Shown: in pieces, positions 19,880-30,241 of the stretch
How positions within the stretch are numbered: position 1 is the stretch's first letter
Layout: each line of letters starts with the position of its first letter
Source of the DNA: Escherichia phage IME11
Reading direction: 5' to 3' (one strand)
Length of the DNA stretch: 64,000 nucleotides
Sequence record: NC_019423.1
The notes under the pieces: model-generated
Told to the model about the DNA's origin: nothing
The model's input: only the letters and a program-made list of their open reading frames with translations
The model's database searches: none
Position numbers and translations under genes: made by a program

Positions 19880-21105
19880 ATTAATTGCCAGGGATTCCAC
19901 CTGGCTCTATCTGTTTTTATAGTCACTCAGATATCGTCTGGACTTGTTGTGGTGACCGGTACTGATCTCCGGCATAAGGCGCTTATTCGGCGGCGTCGAG
20001 CTTGCTTATTCGCTTGAGCCATCCTCGTGAGTCAGCCACGTCCCACTGCGCATCAGCCTGCACATTCACCACAACGGAAAGAGCACTGATGCGCTCACTT
20101 GGGACTCCTTAGCCATAACCCACGGGCTTCTGGTACACCAATGCTCTTACCTGTTGTGTGCCCATTATTAATCACACCGGGCCAGTGCGCCGAATTTGTT
20201 TACAAGGAATCGGAAGACCTTGCTGACTTATAGGCTATTACGCCGCCATCAGAACAACATCATCGTTTGCATTTATGTTATTGGTTCGTTTCTAAAAAAC
20301 CACATAATCGCTTACGAAAACTATCAAAGAGTACACTTACTCGACTGGTTAAACTACATCTGTCCAGCTCCGCAACAAATATACTCATTGATAGGATGTC
20401 ATAATAGGGGAGGGAGGACGAATCCCTCTTTACCCTATGGTTTAGTTTACATGTAAGACCTAACATCTCTATGCTGGATGAATAGCGTAATGAACTATCC
20501 GACATCATTGGTTAATGTTGTGCTCAACATGAGCGTTAGTTGATAAGGGATCTGAAGCCTTATCCTAAAGATACTAACCTTTGGGATATAGCCTAAGATT
20601 CAGAAATGGCCCCTATAGGGAGAGGCCATTGATTAACCCGAATGTTGCTTTACATTTTCTGTGATAACCCATTCTTAAAATAGTCTACCTGACGGATGGG
20701 AGTTAACCCTAGCGTCAGTGCCATACGGCAAAGATTAAGTTAAGAAAGGTTACGATAGGAGTTCCTATCTCAAAGGATTCTAACAGAACCCTTCACGATA
20801 TTAACTATTCATTGTGAAATTCTTTGTTTCCTTCAGCAGGTTCTACACCCAAGAAAAAGCTAACTTTTCCACTTAGTTTAGATTGAACCAATGGACTTCG
20901 GAGAGTATTAAAGCCCACTGGTTCGGTTGTTGTTGTTACTCTGGCGGCTTGTCACCACCGTGTTTACCACTGCATTTCCACAGGATAATGACAGTGATGA
21001 TAAAAGCTATGTATGGAGCCGACACGTCTATAATCCTGACCAGTAGTAGCATCAGGACTATAAACACTACCACACCTAGCAGCAGCTTCTGAGCCACCTA
21101 CCAGA

Positions 21106-21546
21106 TTAACTACGTTTCAGGCCAGCGAACAGTGAAGGTTTCGCAGCAGGTTTCTCTACTGGTTCTTCAGCCTTAACTTCTTCCTGCACAACTTCTTCTT
21201 GTGCTTCTGGTTCAGCTACTGCTTCTTCTTCAGGTTCCGGCGTAGAACTCTCGTTCTGACCACCAGTAGAGGTCTGGGTTTCTTCTACCTTTACCTCTTC
21301 AACTACTTCTTCCGGCTCTGGTTCTACCGGGCGATGTTTAGCTTCTTGAGGGTTCTTACGAGAACGGCGAGTTTTCTTCTCTACTCCCACGGGTGGAGTA
21401 TCTTCATGAACCTCTTCGTTGATGCCAACGGAGGCAGTACCATCTGCATTGATGACAATACTAATGTCACCAGCAAGATTGATTTGATCATCGACATAAG
21501 CCTGTACAGCAGCTTCTACTTCGGACTGGTTCAAAATGATTTGCAT
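21106..21546 (-). CDS. acidic Glu-rich hypothetical protein
   Basis: 146-aa ORF with ATG start; extremely Glu/Val/Pro-rich C-terminal half; stop overlaps the RuvC-like start. Confidence 0.5.
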   Translation of the reverse strand: MQIILNQSEVEAAVQAYVDDQINLAGDISIVINADGTASVGINEEVHEDTPPVGVEKKTRRSRKNPQEAKHRPVEPEPEEVVEEVKVEETQTSTGGQNESSTPEPEEEAVAEPEAQEEVVQEEVKAEEPVEKPAAKPSLFAGLKRS

Positions 21547-21547
21547 A

Positions 21548-22102
21548 TTACGCCTTTAATAACTTAATGAGGTTCTGGAAAGCTGAGAGATTTACACCAG
21601 CATGTATTGCACCGATTGCATCTGCTAAGTGCTCATTCTTATTCAGAAGTTTACCCTTCTTATCAGTGAGCCAGTTGGCTTCAGGATAGATGGCATGAGC
21701 AGCACGAATCATCGTGTCTTTGGATGCAGTTTTATCACCGACCAGTGCAAGTTTGTTTTCAATTGGGGATACTTCAAAGATTGGACAACCCAATGCACGA
21801 AATGCACCTATTAATCCTACGCATACGCCATATGATTTCATACCGTTAGCAGACTGAGAGCCTACTGGTACTTCTACGAATACTGCTTTAGCAGATCGTA
21901 ACCATTCTTCACAACCAAGAAACAAATCGTGAGCGGCTTGTATATCTTTGGAGTTGGTTCGAACTTGTTTGTTGTGGTCAACTTCAGTTTGAACCAGTTT
22001 AAGTTCGACCTGCTCGAAGACGCCGGACTCAATGTCCAGCATCCCACGAGCTAAACCCCAATTGCGGAGACTAATGTCTGCACCGACAATTGGGATTTTC
22101 AT
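21548..22102 (-). CDS. RuvC-like Holliday junction resolvase
   Basis: 184 aa; N-terminal KIPIVGADIS, mid VFVEVP, C-terminal HLADAIGAIHAG match RuvC-family acidic catalytic positions. Confidence 0.6.
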   Translation of the reverse strand: MKIPIVGADISLRNWGLARGMLDIESGVFEQVELKLVQTEVDHNKQVRTNSKDIQAAHDLFLGCEEWLRSAKAVFVEVPVGSQSANGMKSYGVCVGLIGAFRALGCPIFEVSPIENKLALVGDKTASKDTMIRAAHAIYPEANWLTDKKGKLLNKNEHLADAIGAIHAGVNLSAFQNLIKLLKA

Positions 22103-22899
22103 TATTTCTTACCGAACAGTGATTTACCACCAGCAGGAGTAGTACCTGTGCCAGCACCTGGTTTAGGAGGCAATCCACCTTTACCATTACCACCGGCAGA
22201 ACTCTTAGTTTTATCACGAGTCTTGCCTTTGTTCTTCTCCAACCATGCTGCATGGAATACAGCCAGTTCTGGGGTCAGTTCTTTTTCAGCCTTCTCTGCT
22301 TCCTGAGCCTCAACGACTGTGACCAGCAGTTCCGGGTGAAACACTTTCTGAATCTCGTTTACTTCACGGGTTTCACCGGAGTCAACGTAACCGTTGTCAC
22401 CCTTGACCTGCTTAGCTTCCAGAACCTTTTCCAGAGCAAAGGTAACAGTCTGTCCAACCAGTTCAACCGGAACCATGACAGACTTATTAACTTCTGCTTT
22501 AGCGTCGAAATCGTAGACTTTAACAATCTTCTCTTCGAAATCTGCTTCAGGCAGTTCAGTACCAGTTGCCATCAGCATCATGTCATTAATGACAGTGTAG
22601 CCAGGCAGGAAGTACTCTTTACCGTTCTTCTCGTAAGTTGGCTTGTTGCCTTTAGCATTACCGGAAGTGAAGTACACCTGGGCACGGAACTCACCGGCAG
22701 GTACGCCATCAGAGTTCTTCAAGTTTTCAATAATTAACTGCATCCAGTCTGCACCAGAGTCAGCTTTACCTACGTAAGCTACTTTTACAGTACCGGTGTA
22801 GATATCGGATTCTTTTGCACCGAAGCCACCACCACCCAGGGAGTCTTTAACAGCTTCAACGTTTTTGGTTTTTTCTTTCAGATTACTGAACAATGACAT
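22102..22899 (-). CDS. putative single-stranded DNA-binding protein (N4 SSB-like by size and position)
   Basis: 265-aa ORF with Gly-rich N- and C-terminal tails, sited between recombination and resolvase genes; assignment is by synteny and size only. Confidence 0.4.
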   Translation of the reverse strand: MSLFSNLKEKTKNVEAVKDSLGGGGFGAKESDIYTGTVKVAYVGKADSGADWMQLIIENLKNSDGVPAGEFRAQVYFTSGNAKGNKPTYEKNGKEYFLPGYTVINDMMLMATGTELPEADFEEKIVKVYDFDAKAEVNKSVMVPVELVGQTVTFALEKVLEAKQVKGDNGYVDSGETREVNEIQKVFHPELLVTVVEAQEAEKAEKELTPELAVFHAAWLEKNKGKTRDKTKSSAGGNGKGGLPPKPGAGTGTTPAGGKSLFGKK

Positions 22900-22938
22900 A
22901 TGATTTTCCTAATAAGTGATTAACAACCAGGCAAACGC

Positions 22939-23691
22939 TTAAGCGTAGTATTCAGCCAGATGGTCTAAGAGTTTCTGGGCATCGTTGTCGATATAAGTCT
23001 CGGACTTATCGAACATACCCATTGGGGAACGAAGTCGTTTGCCAACTGACTTCTTGGTTGGACGGGTCTGGAATACGTGCTTATACCCTAAGTCACGTTC
23101 TTCTTCCGTAATTTCAAGCATCTTGTTCCCATACTTCTCCAGTTCTTTAATGTCTACGCGTTCTGCGTAAACTACTGTAGAGAAGTAGGCTTCAAGTCCG
23201 TTATTCTTCAGGGAGCCTTTCACTGGGATGAATGTTTTAATCACACCAGCAGCTTCATCCAGTTCGTCTTTAGCATGTGCAGTAATGATTACTGGCTTAC
23301 CAAATTTAACAACTTTCTGTTGTAGCAGTACTTTAAAGAATTGTGCAAAGTCCCCCCAAGCCTTTTGCGTATTTGCAGAAGGCAGAACATACTGTGATTC
23401 CAGCATGTCCATCATGAAGGTTGCTGAGTCAATAATGATACCATCAACATCGTCTGCCATTTCTCCACCCGGAGATGCAACATCAAATGCTTCCCAGATT
23501 TGATATGGGTCTTCAATGTTATAAGTGTTGAACTTGTTACGGAAAGGCAGACGCTTACCTGCTTCAGTATTCAGATATAACCAGCGTTCCTGGTTCCGGA
23601 TGTTGCGCAGTGATGCTGATTTACCACTCGCTGAGAATCCTGCAATCAGGATTAGCTGAGTGTTCATATCATTGGAGATTTCTTCGGACAT
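22939..23691 (-). CDS. Sak4-like RecA-fold ATPase (AAA_24-like)
   Basis: Walker A GFSASGKSAS and Walker B IIIDSATFMMD in a 250-aa protein. Confidence 0.6.
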   Translation of the reverse strand: MSEEISNDMNTQLILIAGFSASGKSASLRNIRNQERWLYLNTEAGKRLPFRNKFNTYNIEDPYQIWEAFDVASPGGEMADDVDGIIIDSATFMMDMLESQYVLPSANTQKAWGDFAQFFKVLLQQKVVKFGKPVIITAHAKDELDEAAGVIKTFIPVKGSLKNNGLEAYFSTVVYAERVDIKELEKYGNKMLEITEEERDLGYKHVFQTRPTKKSVGKRLRSPMGMFDKSETYIDNDAQKLLDHLAEYYA

Positions 23692-23747
23692 TATTTTTCC
23701 TCGTTTAGTTTAGGAGTCCTTCAAACCAAAGAAAGACTCCTGTTTGC

Positions 23748-25901
23748 TTATTTGCCAGCGAAGCGTTTAGCCACGGTGACCATTACGGTTGCATTCAATT
23801 CATCATCCGGCAACGGATTAGCCAGTTTCTTATTGAATGAGTAGACGGCTTGCTGTACTTGAGCAAAGTCCCAACCACTGTCTACTAATGCCAGTGCGTA
23901 TTTAATCATTTGATTATTACGATTACCGGAGGCAATACGACCAGCGAACCAACGCTCCAGATTATCCAACGACTGTACTTCCTTCATCTGGTTCTGGAAC
24001 TGCTCGTTCTTACTGGTACGAGGAATAAAGTCACGCACGTCCAACAGATTCGCATCAAGGTTGTAATGATAGGAACCAGTTTCACAGGACATCCACTTCT
24101 TGGCTCGTTGGTTAGCAGACTCATCCGTTTCGAATGGTAGCCAAGCCATAACGTTATTCATGAACTCTTTGTATTCCTCAGTGTCGAGGTGTAACTCATA
24201 GTTCATTGGAATAATTAGACGGAAGCGGTTCTCTTCATTAGAATGACGCTTAGTGGTATAGGTCATGAACTTATATTCCTTCATTAGTTCATGGCACGTA
24301 TGCAGTGGTACTCCACCATCACAATCAATAACAATCATGTTAAATCCTGGAATAACGTTCTCTTCAGAACGATGCCCATTCTTCATGTGATGGTTTACCC
24401 AGTGCATACCGGGAGCTTGGGTTAATACATGTAGCTGGTCAAACGGTACACGTTCACCAACATAGTCATAAGCAAAGCTATCACTATATGCCACCAGCAT
24501 CTCATTGGTGTCAGTCTCTTTCAGAGTCTCACCACGGAAGAACTCAATACCTTCATTGAAGGTCTTCTTAATAATGATGTGCTGTTTGTAACCCCATGCT
24601 GTAGCAAGAGTCATCATCTCATTACGAGCTGCATTACCACTCTTATAGAAAGGTAAAGACTCCAGTAAGTCAGCATGAGTTACTTCTTTACCTACGGAAG
24701 CAATGTACTTAGCCAGCTTCACATAAGCCTTCTCACGATTGAGGATTGTCTGGAATGCTGCCCCGGATTCCTCTACGAGCAGGATTGCTTGTTTAAGGTG
24801 AGTCATTTCAATGAATGAACTCTGGTCAACAAACGCCAGTGCACCTGCCAGCTTAAGAGCCTTGAAGTAACGGTGGGATATTTCAGCCTTACGAATTTCT
24901 TCGTGGTCAGCCATAGCCTCTGCTTGTTTCTCACAATCAATTTTGTAAGTAATCAGAGCAATACCCACTGCATCTTCCACAATCATCTTAAAGCCAAACA
25001 GGTTTGGGTCAGCCAAACTATGGAAGTGGTTAGCCCACTTACCAAGAGACTGTACGTTATCCTGCTTAATCAGGTTGCGGTAGATTTCTTCCGGGGTCAG
25101 CGTTGCATGTGCTCGTTTGTCTAAGTGCCCAATGGCAAACAGGCAGCGACGTGCATACCCTGTATCCAGGAAATCATAGAACTGGTCTTCAGTCTGACCA
25201 CCGTCCAGCAACTTACTTGGAGTACCAAATAACAGTAGGTTAGCGGGGGTCTTACCATCCAGTTCTTCGCCACGAACACTTTCAGCAGTGTTCTTGGTTA
25301 GTTTCTGCTTAACTTTCCCCTGGTCATACAACTCAAGGAACAGGTTAAGAACTTCAACGTTAGCAATGAGGTTGGAACCAATCTCATCAATCTGTAGGTT
25401 AATAGCGCCACAACCAGCCATAAGCAGTTTGTGACGAAGCTGTTTTACAGCAGGTGCTGTACCGGAGTCGAATGTGAATGGGAATGCCCCAGCACGTTTA
25501 TATTCTGCTTCAACTTTATCAAACTCTTCCTGCTGGTCAGTGCCCTGACGTGCAGAACGTTCGTTAGCAATCTTCCATAGACGGTCATTTGCAATGACGG
25601 GCATGGTGTCTTCCATAAAACGTTTACGGAAGCCAGTCATGAACCCGTCTTCAATGATATTTACTGAGTGACCTTTACCGAAACCAGATGTAGCCAACGC
25701 CATAGCGTAGATGTTTACCGGCAGGTCACCACGGTCTTTAGTTACGATGGTTGCACCCATGCAGGATGCCATTTTAGCCAAGAAGTAGGCCACTTCGACA
25801 CGGAAGAATCCCCGGTCATTATTCTGGGTTTTATTGCAGAGCACATCTACGATTTCTTCAATCGCTGGATGGTGCACTACTCCGGTAAGGTCAATACTCA
25901 T
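23748..25901 (-). CDS. putative DNA primase / replication initiation protein
   Basis: Track ORF to 25958 starts at TTG; ATG at 25901. Contains hhhDxD-type motif MIVIDCDGG and a C-terminal region reminiscent of primase C-terminal domains. Confidence 0.5.
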   Translation of the reverse strand: MSIDLTGVVHHPAIEEIVDVLCNKTQNNDRGFFRVEVAYFLAKMASCMGATIVTKDRGDLPVNIYAMALATSGFGKGHSVNIIEDGFMTGFRKRFMEDTMPVIANDRLWKIANERSARQGTDQQEEFDKVEAEYKRAGAFPFTFDSGTAPAVKQLRHKLLMAGCGAINLQIDEIGSNLIANVEVLNLFLELYDQGKVKQKLTKNTAESVRGEELDGKTPANLLLFGTPSKLLDGGQTEDQFYDFLDTGYARRCLFAIGHLDKRAHATLTPEEIYRNLIKQDNVQSLGKWANHFHSLADPNLFGFKMIVEDAVGIALITYKIDCEKQAEAMADHEEIRKAEISHRYFKALKLAGALAFVDQSSFIEMTHLKQAILLVEESGAAFQTILNREKAYVKLAKYIASVGKEVTHADLLESLPFYKSGNAARNEMMTLATAWGYKQHIIIKKTFNEGIEFFRGETLKETDTNEMLVAYSDSFAYDYVGERVPFDQLHVLTQAPGMHWVNHHMKNGHRSEENVIPGFNMIVIDCDGGVPLHTCHELMKEYKFMTYTTKRHSNEENRFRLIIPMNYELHLDTEEYKEFMNNVMAWLPFETDESANQRAKKWMSCETGSYHYNLDANLLDVRDFIPRTSKNEQFQNQMKEVQSLDNLERWFAGRIASGNRNNQMIKYALALVDSGWDFAQVQQAVYSFNKKLANPLPDDELNATVMVTVAKRFAGK

Positions 25902-26878
25902 GATGGAAAATATCTCTCTCTTTGTTTGCAAATGGACGCGACAGGGCAGTACAGACAACGCTTAACCTGCCCCTCCACGACCTTGATAGCACCCTTGCCA
26001 CCTTTTTCAGCCATGAAGATACGGGCAGATGACATATCGTCAAAGTTTTTAGTACTTCTGGCTCCAGGTACATCTACCTTAGAAGCATCAGAGAAGTATT
26101 TGAACTGTGGCTCTGTTCGCCACAACTCCTCGTCAGTACATTCAGGGATTTGCTCTTCAGGAGCATCCCAGTACTTCTCAATGAGGTGAATCTTCTCTTC
26201 TACCCAACGTTCAGTCTTCTCGACAGATAGCAACGGAATATCCTTATGCATAATACGATTAGCAGGATAATTCGGATTGCTATTAGCCATGTGTTTCATG
26301 AAGTCAGTGAAGATGTAGTTAATACGAATTACATCCTCGGTAATGATGTCGTTGTGAATCCAACGATACAAGCTACCTTGCATCTTGTGTTCATCATCAC
26401 GGGAACCAGCAACCCAGGAATAGGTTGAGGTAGACTTAAAGTCTTGCAACAGACCTTCTGTTACGATGTCGAACTTACCACCGATAGTCCAACCCTTAAC
26501 TATCTTGGTTCCACGTTGTTCAATGTAGATTGGAATAATGTCAGGGTTAGCATCAAAGTCTGCTTTGGTTGGGTTAATGACTACTGCATCAATTACTCGT
26601 TGAGGATAACCCAACTTCTTCAATGCAGTCTTATGACCTAGCTTCCAGGCTTTCTCGATAGAGTCATGTAAGCCAGTACCCATTGATGTGGAGACGAAAT
26701 CCATAACATCAATAGACTGGTCACTGAAATCTACACGATGTTTCATGACAATTTGCTTAAGAGGTTTAAGCAATGTAGTAGCAGACAGATACTTAGGATT
26801 GTCTACGTAATCATACTCATCATGCAATAGCCATACAGCCAGAGCCAGTGAGACATCATGGTTGTTGGTTATCTTCAT
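25898..26878 (-). CDS. PD-(D/E)XK nuclease, Cas4/RecB-like with C-terminal Cys cluster
   Basis: 326 aa; GGKFDIVTEGLLQDFKST fits the D...(D/E)xK core; C-terminal CLYCPVASIC (C-x2-C-x5-C) plus an N-terminal Cys suggest an Fe-S cluster. Confidence 0.5.
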   Translation of the reverse strand: MKITNNHDVSLALAVWLLHDEYDYVDNPKYLSATTLLKPLKQIVMKHRVDFSDQSIDVMDFVSTSMGTGLHDSIEKAWKLGHKTALKKLGYPQRVIDAVVINPTKADFDANPDIIPIYIEQRGTKIVKGWTIGGKFDIVTEGLLQDFKSTSTYSWVAGSRDDEHKMQGSLYRWIHNDIITEDVIRINYIFTDFMKHMANSNPNYPANRIMHKDIPLLSVEKTERWVEEKIHLIEKYWDAPEEQIPECTDEELWRTEPQFKYFSDASKVDVPGARSTKNFDDMSSARIFMAEKGGKGAIKVVEGQVKRCLYCPVASICKQRERYFPS

Positions 26879-27351
26879 CAGAAGGTAATCCTATAACGAT
26901 AAATATTTTCCCAATTAATGGACTCGAAAAGGAATCCTCCAGGAAAGCATGTGTATGTTTTACAATGGTCCTTGTACTCATACTCAATCTTCTTCCACTT
27001 ACGCATGAAGGAAGGTCTTTCATTACTGTAAACCCAATCGGTACAGGATTCTTCTTCCTTAACTGCTTCAGCACTAGCCTTAGAATCAATGAAAGCTTTA
27101 GCAAGTAGACGATTAGTGTAATGAACCAGCTTCTCACAGTCATACACTGTAGTGTTTCCTGGCTTACCATTACCCATACGGGCAGCAGCATTTCGCCATA
27201 GAGCTTTAAAGGCACAACCCTCATCGAAGGTCATGCCCAGTGCTTGGATAATATCCTCGCACTCTGCTTGATATGGCTCTTGCTCTTTCCGTTGAGGGTG
27301 CTTAACTGGTACTACATACCAGTTATTCAATCCACCGGAGAGCTTAGTCAT
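26878..27351 (-). CDS. hypothetical protein (possibly DUF3310-like)
   Basis: 157-aa ORF, ATGA overlap with neighbour; segment ALWRNAAARMGNGKPGNTTVYDCEKLVHY. Confidence 0.4.
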   Translation of the reverse strand: MTKLSGGLNNWYVVPVKHPQRKEQEPYQAECEDIIQALGMTFDEGCAFKALWRNAAARMGNGKPGNTTVYDCEKLVHYTNRLLAKAFIDSKASAEAVKEEESCTDWVYSNERPSFMRKWKKIEYEYKDHCKTYTCFPGGFLFESINWENIYRYRITF

Positions 27352-27656
27352 TATTCCCCCTTGGGAACCATGTTTGCTTGGAACTCTGGTTCAGACATTA
27401 GGCCCAGGTTGTTAATAGACAGATAAACAATGTCTTTCAAATCAACCGAGGTGTCGAAACGCTGGTCCAGACTAATCTTCAGAGAGTGATTGGCACGAGC
27501 CAAATCTTTATAGGTCACATGAGGTTCGTCAGTGAGCAACATTGTGTTCATAGTAAGCAGGGAACCGTCATCCACCTTAGGAAGCTGGAAGATTACCTGT
27601 GCTGCTATCATCCAATGATATTTTCTGACGACGGTTTCTTTAGTACTTTTAGTCAT
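27351..27656 (-). CDS. hypothetical protein
   Basis: 101-aa ORF translationally coupled between DNA polymerase and downstream gene. Confidence 0.4.
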   Translation of the reverse strand: MTKSTKETVVRKYHWMIAAQVIFQLPKVDDGSLLTMNTMLLTDEPHVTYKDLARANHSLKISLDQRFDTSVDLKDIVYLSINNLGLMSEPEFQANMVPKGE

Positions 27657-30232
27657 GCGAATGCCTTTTGAATTGTTTGATGAACTTCTTCTGGGGTAGC
27701 GTGATTTGGAATTTCAATCTCGTTAGCCCACGTTGGGTAGAACAAGGATAGTTCCCCACCCAAACCAACTTCTGGATGAGCAATATCAGGATGGTCTTGC
27801 CAGTTAACAGCCTCAACCAAGTGCTTGTTCGTGTACTGCAAGGTATCCATGTTGTCACGAATCATGAAGTACTGGGCATCATGAATGTGAATACTAGGAC
27901 GTATATCTAATCTGAACTCACTGGCTCTGACTTTACGCATAAACTCGGAACCCGCACGGTTATTCAGTAGACACCAGCTTTGCCCTAAAGCATTACCAGC
28001 GGTTCTGCCTTCAGCTTCTGCTTCATACGGAGTCTTACATGTCCCACGTAAAACCTGAGCCAGTAAAGGAGTACGCACTCTCAAACCGAATGCGGCAGTA
28101 ACATAACCAGTTTTGGCAGCTTCGTCTAGCTTAGCCTGAACCCACCTGTCACTAACTACATAGAGGTCGTGATAACGTTTCTCTGTAGTCTTAGCCTTCT
28201 CTTCAGAGAAGCCACAGTTTTTCATTAAGCCCATATACGTACCACCATAGGTAAGCAAGAAGGTTGGAGCCTTCGAGTCACTACGCAATGATTTGTACTT
28301 ATGCTGAATGGAGTTAATGGATTCTACCGTGTCTTCAATGTCTGGCATCTGCTCACCAAAGTAAGCATATGCACGGAGACTGTGCCCATCATAGCCATCG
28401 GTATACACCTTAAGCTTCTGTGGGTCTTTAGTAGTCAGTGCAGAGATTCTGTCTTCCAGCGAGGCGAAATCCAAGCCGCAAAATACCCAGCCAGGGGCTG
28501 CTTCGAAACATTTCTTAATCTTCTTGGCATATTTAGAGCCGGATGGAATTGTTTGTAGATTTGGCTCTGAAGCCGATAGCCTACCGGAGACTGTGCCTCC
28601 CAGATTGAGGTTGCCGAATAGGTAGTGCCAACCATCCGGTCCCGGTTGGGCATTCCTGAAAGCTGGTATAAAGCTAGTGATAATCTTATCCACGAGCTTA
28701 TAGTCGATAAGTGCATTGAGCAGTTCCTTAACATCTTCACTCTGCGTATGTGTACGCAGTGCTTTAATAGTGTCACCGTCAGTAGCAGGTTGCTTGCTCT
28801 TAGTAAGACCAAGAACTGGTAAGCCAATATAATCAAATAACAGTTTTTGTAATTGTGGACCAGAGTTTGGATTAAACTCGATGTCACAATCAGCAAGTGT
28901 TACCTGCTTCTTCTTCAACTTAGCATTCTTATCATCTACCCATTCCTGACGAAGCATCAGGGTGAAATTCTTCATGAGCTTAGATTCACGAATAGTTTTC
29001 AGAGCCTGGTTCCTGTCAGTTTCCATCTCTTTAGCTACTTGGTTAACGGTTTCCATATTCATGGGCATACCGGTTAACTGCATCTGAATAATGTCTTCAC
29101 AGGCTGGTTTAAAGATGTTGTTGTAAACATCCAGTTGGTCATCAGCAATGAGAGTATCCCAGTGCTTCTCATAGGTGTACCAAGTACACAAACCATCAAT
29201 GAGGTTGTAGCGTAACAGCTGTTCATTAGGAATAAGACGGATGTCTTTAATATCATCCTGAGCATAGTTACCAGCATACTCCTGAGCCTGGTCTTTCAGA
29301 CTAAGGTGATTACCAGCACAGCTGTTAGTAGCCAGGTAGGTGATTAACTTAGTACAGTCCCAATTACGTAGCATGATATCCATGCCATGCAGTAAGCCTT
29401 CTGTATCAATCAGGTTATCCATGAATAACTGATAGATGAGTACGTACACGTCATAGCTAATGTTGTGATACATCTGCCGTTGAGTGTACTTAATAAAGAA
29501 CTCACGTAGAAGATTTCGAACAACATCATTTCTATTGATACGCCCGTATGGTGCTTCTGTAGCTCCAGGAATCGGCTCGTAGTCCACATTAAAGGCTATG
29601 CCTTGTGTCTTACTCCAACAGAATGTAATTGTTCCTATACCGGCGTTATAGTGCTTTAAACCGAATGCTTCGATGTCTATAGCCAGTGGCTTATTCATCT
29701 CAAGCAGCTGGTCTAGCCAGGCTTTAATCTTCTCTGGGGTATCCGGGTAAGCTTCAAACTCAATGATTCCTTGTCCTGGTTCAGCATACTGTCCACGAAT
29801 GTGGTTAAGTAATGCATCCATACCTTGAGCAATCTTGGATTTCACTACAGGTGGGTCATAAAAGACCTGCCTGTAGCTAGGTGCATAGATAACCTTTTGA
29901 TTACCCCATACTGAATCACAAACATAGCCAAGGTTAGCCTCTGCTTTAGCTTCTTTAGTCAGTATTTTGAAGTAATCAGAATCGGTACAGATAATGTACT
30001 GAGTTTCTGCATCATCCAGTACTTGCTGCAATTCCTGCTGTATGAACTCCTTAATCTCCCTTGCAGGAGTCTTCTTCTTGCCTGGGGCAGAATGAAGTTC
30101 GATGAAGATGAAATCTTCCATGCTTAGGTCATTAGGCAGCAGGTAGGTTTTAATCATCTCCTCCCTTCGGATTTGATGACCGAGGATAGCAATAGGATAC
30201 TTACCCGTATCTTGAGAGGTGATGTAACGCAT
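27653..30232 (-). CDS. family-A DNA polymerase with 3'-5' exonuclease domain
   Basis: 859 aa; exo motif LAIDIEAFG; Pol motif A CGLDFASLEDR, motif B KAPTFLLTYGGTYMG, motif C IHIHDAQYF; ATG with AAGGT RBS. Confidence 0.85.
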   Translation of the reverse strand: MRYITSQDTGKYPIAILGHQIRREEMIKTYLLPNDLSMEDFIFIELHSAPGKKKTPAREIKEFIQQELQQVLDDAETQYIICTDSDYFKILTKEAKAEANLGYVCDSVWGNQKVIYAPSYRQVFYDPPVVKSKIAQGMDALLNHIRGQYAEPGQGIIEFEAYPDTPEKIKAWLDQLLEMNKPLAIDIEAFGLKHYNAGIGTITFCWSKTQGIAFNVDYEPIPGATEAPYGRINRNDVVRNLLREFFIKYTQRQMYHNISYDVYVLIYQLFMDNLIDTEGLLHGMDIMLRNWDCTKLITYLATNSCAGNHLSLKDQAQEYAGNYAQDDIKDIRLIPNEQLLRYNLIDGLCTWYTYEKHWDTLIADDQLDVYNNIFKPACEDIIQMQLTGMPMNMETVNQVAKEMETDRNQALKTIRESKLMKNFTLMLRQEWVDDKNAKLKKKQVTLADCDIEFNPNSGPQLQKLLFDYIGLPVLGLTKSKQPATDGDTIKALRTHTQSEDVKELLNALIDYKLVDKIITSFIPAFRNAQPGPDGWHYLFGNLNLGGTVSGRLSASEPNLQTIPSGSKYAKKIKKCFEAAPGWVFCGLDFASLEDRISALTTKDPQKLKVYTDGYDGHSLRAYAYFGEQMPDIEDTVESINSIQHKYKSLRSDSKAPTFLLTYGGTYMGLMKNCGFSEEKAKTTEKRYHDLYVVSDRWVQAKLDEAAKTGYVTAAFGLRVRTPLLAQVLRGTCKTPYEAEAEGRTAGNALGQSWCLLNNRAGSEFMRKVRASEFRLDIRPSIHIHDAQYFMIRDNMDTLQYTNKHLVEAVNWQDHPDIAHPEVGLGGELSLFYPTWANEIEIPNHATPEEVHQTIQKAFA

Positions 30233-30241
30233 AGCTTTACC

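Noticed and set aside
20603-20628. Sequence CCTATAGGGAGA resembling the 3' half of a T7 class III promoter
   Set aside because: Only 11-12 nt match and the upstream TAATACGACTCA half is absent. This phage has its own hairpin promoters and an N4-type polymerase, so a T7 promoter is unlikely. It is kept only as part of the palindrome noted in the ORF-poor region.
25668-26189. 173-aa plus-strand ORF spanning the primase/nuclease junction
   Set aside because: Antisense to two motif-supported minus-strand genes. The same reasoning applies to the other plus-strand track ORFs inside the 17265-57096 minus-strand block, such as 22252-22737, 32236-32652 and 33279-33737.
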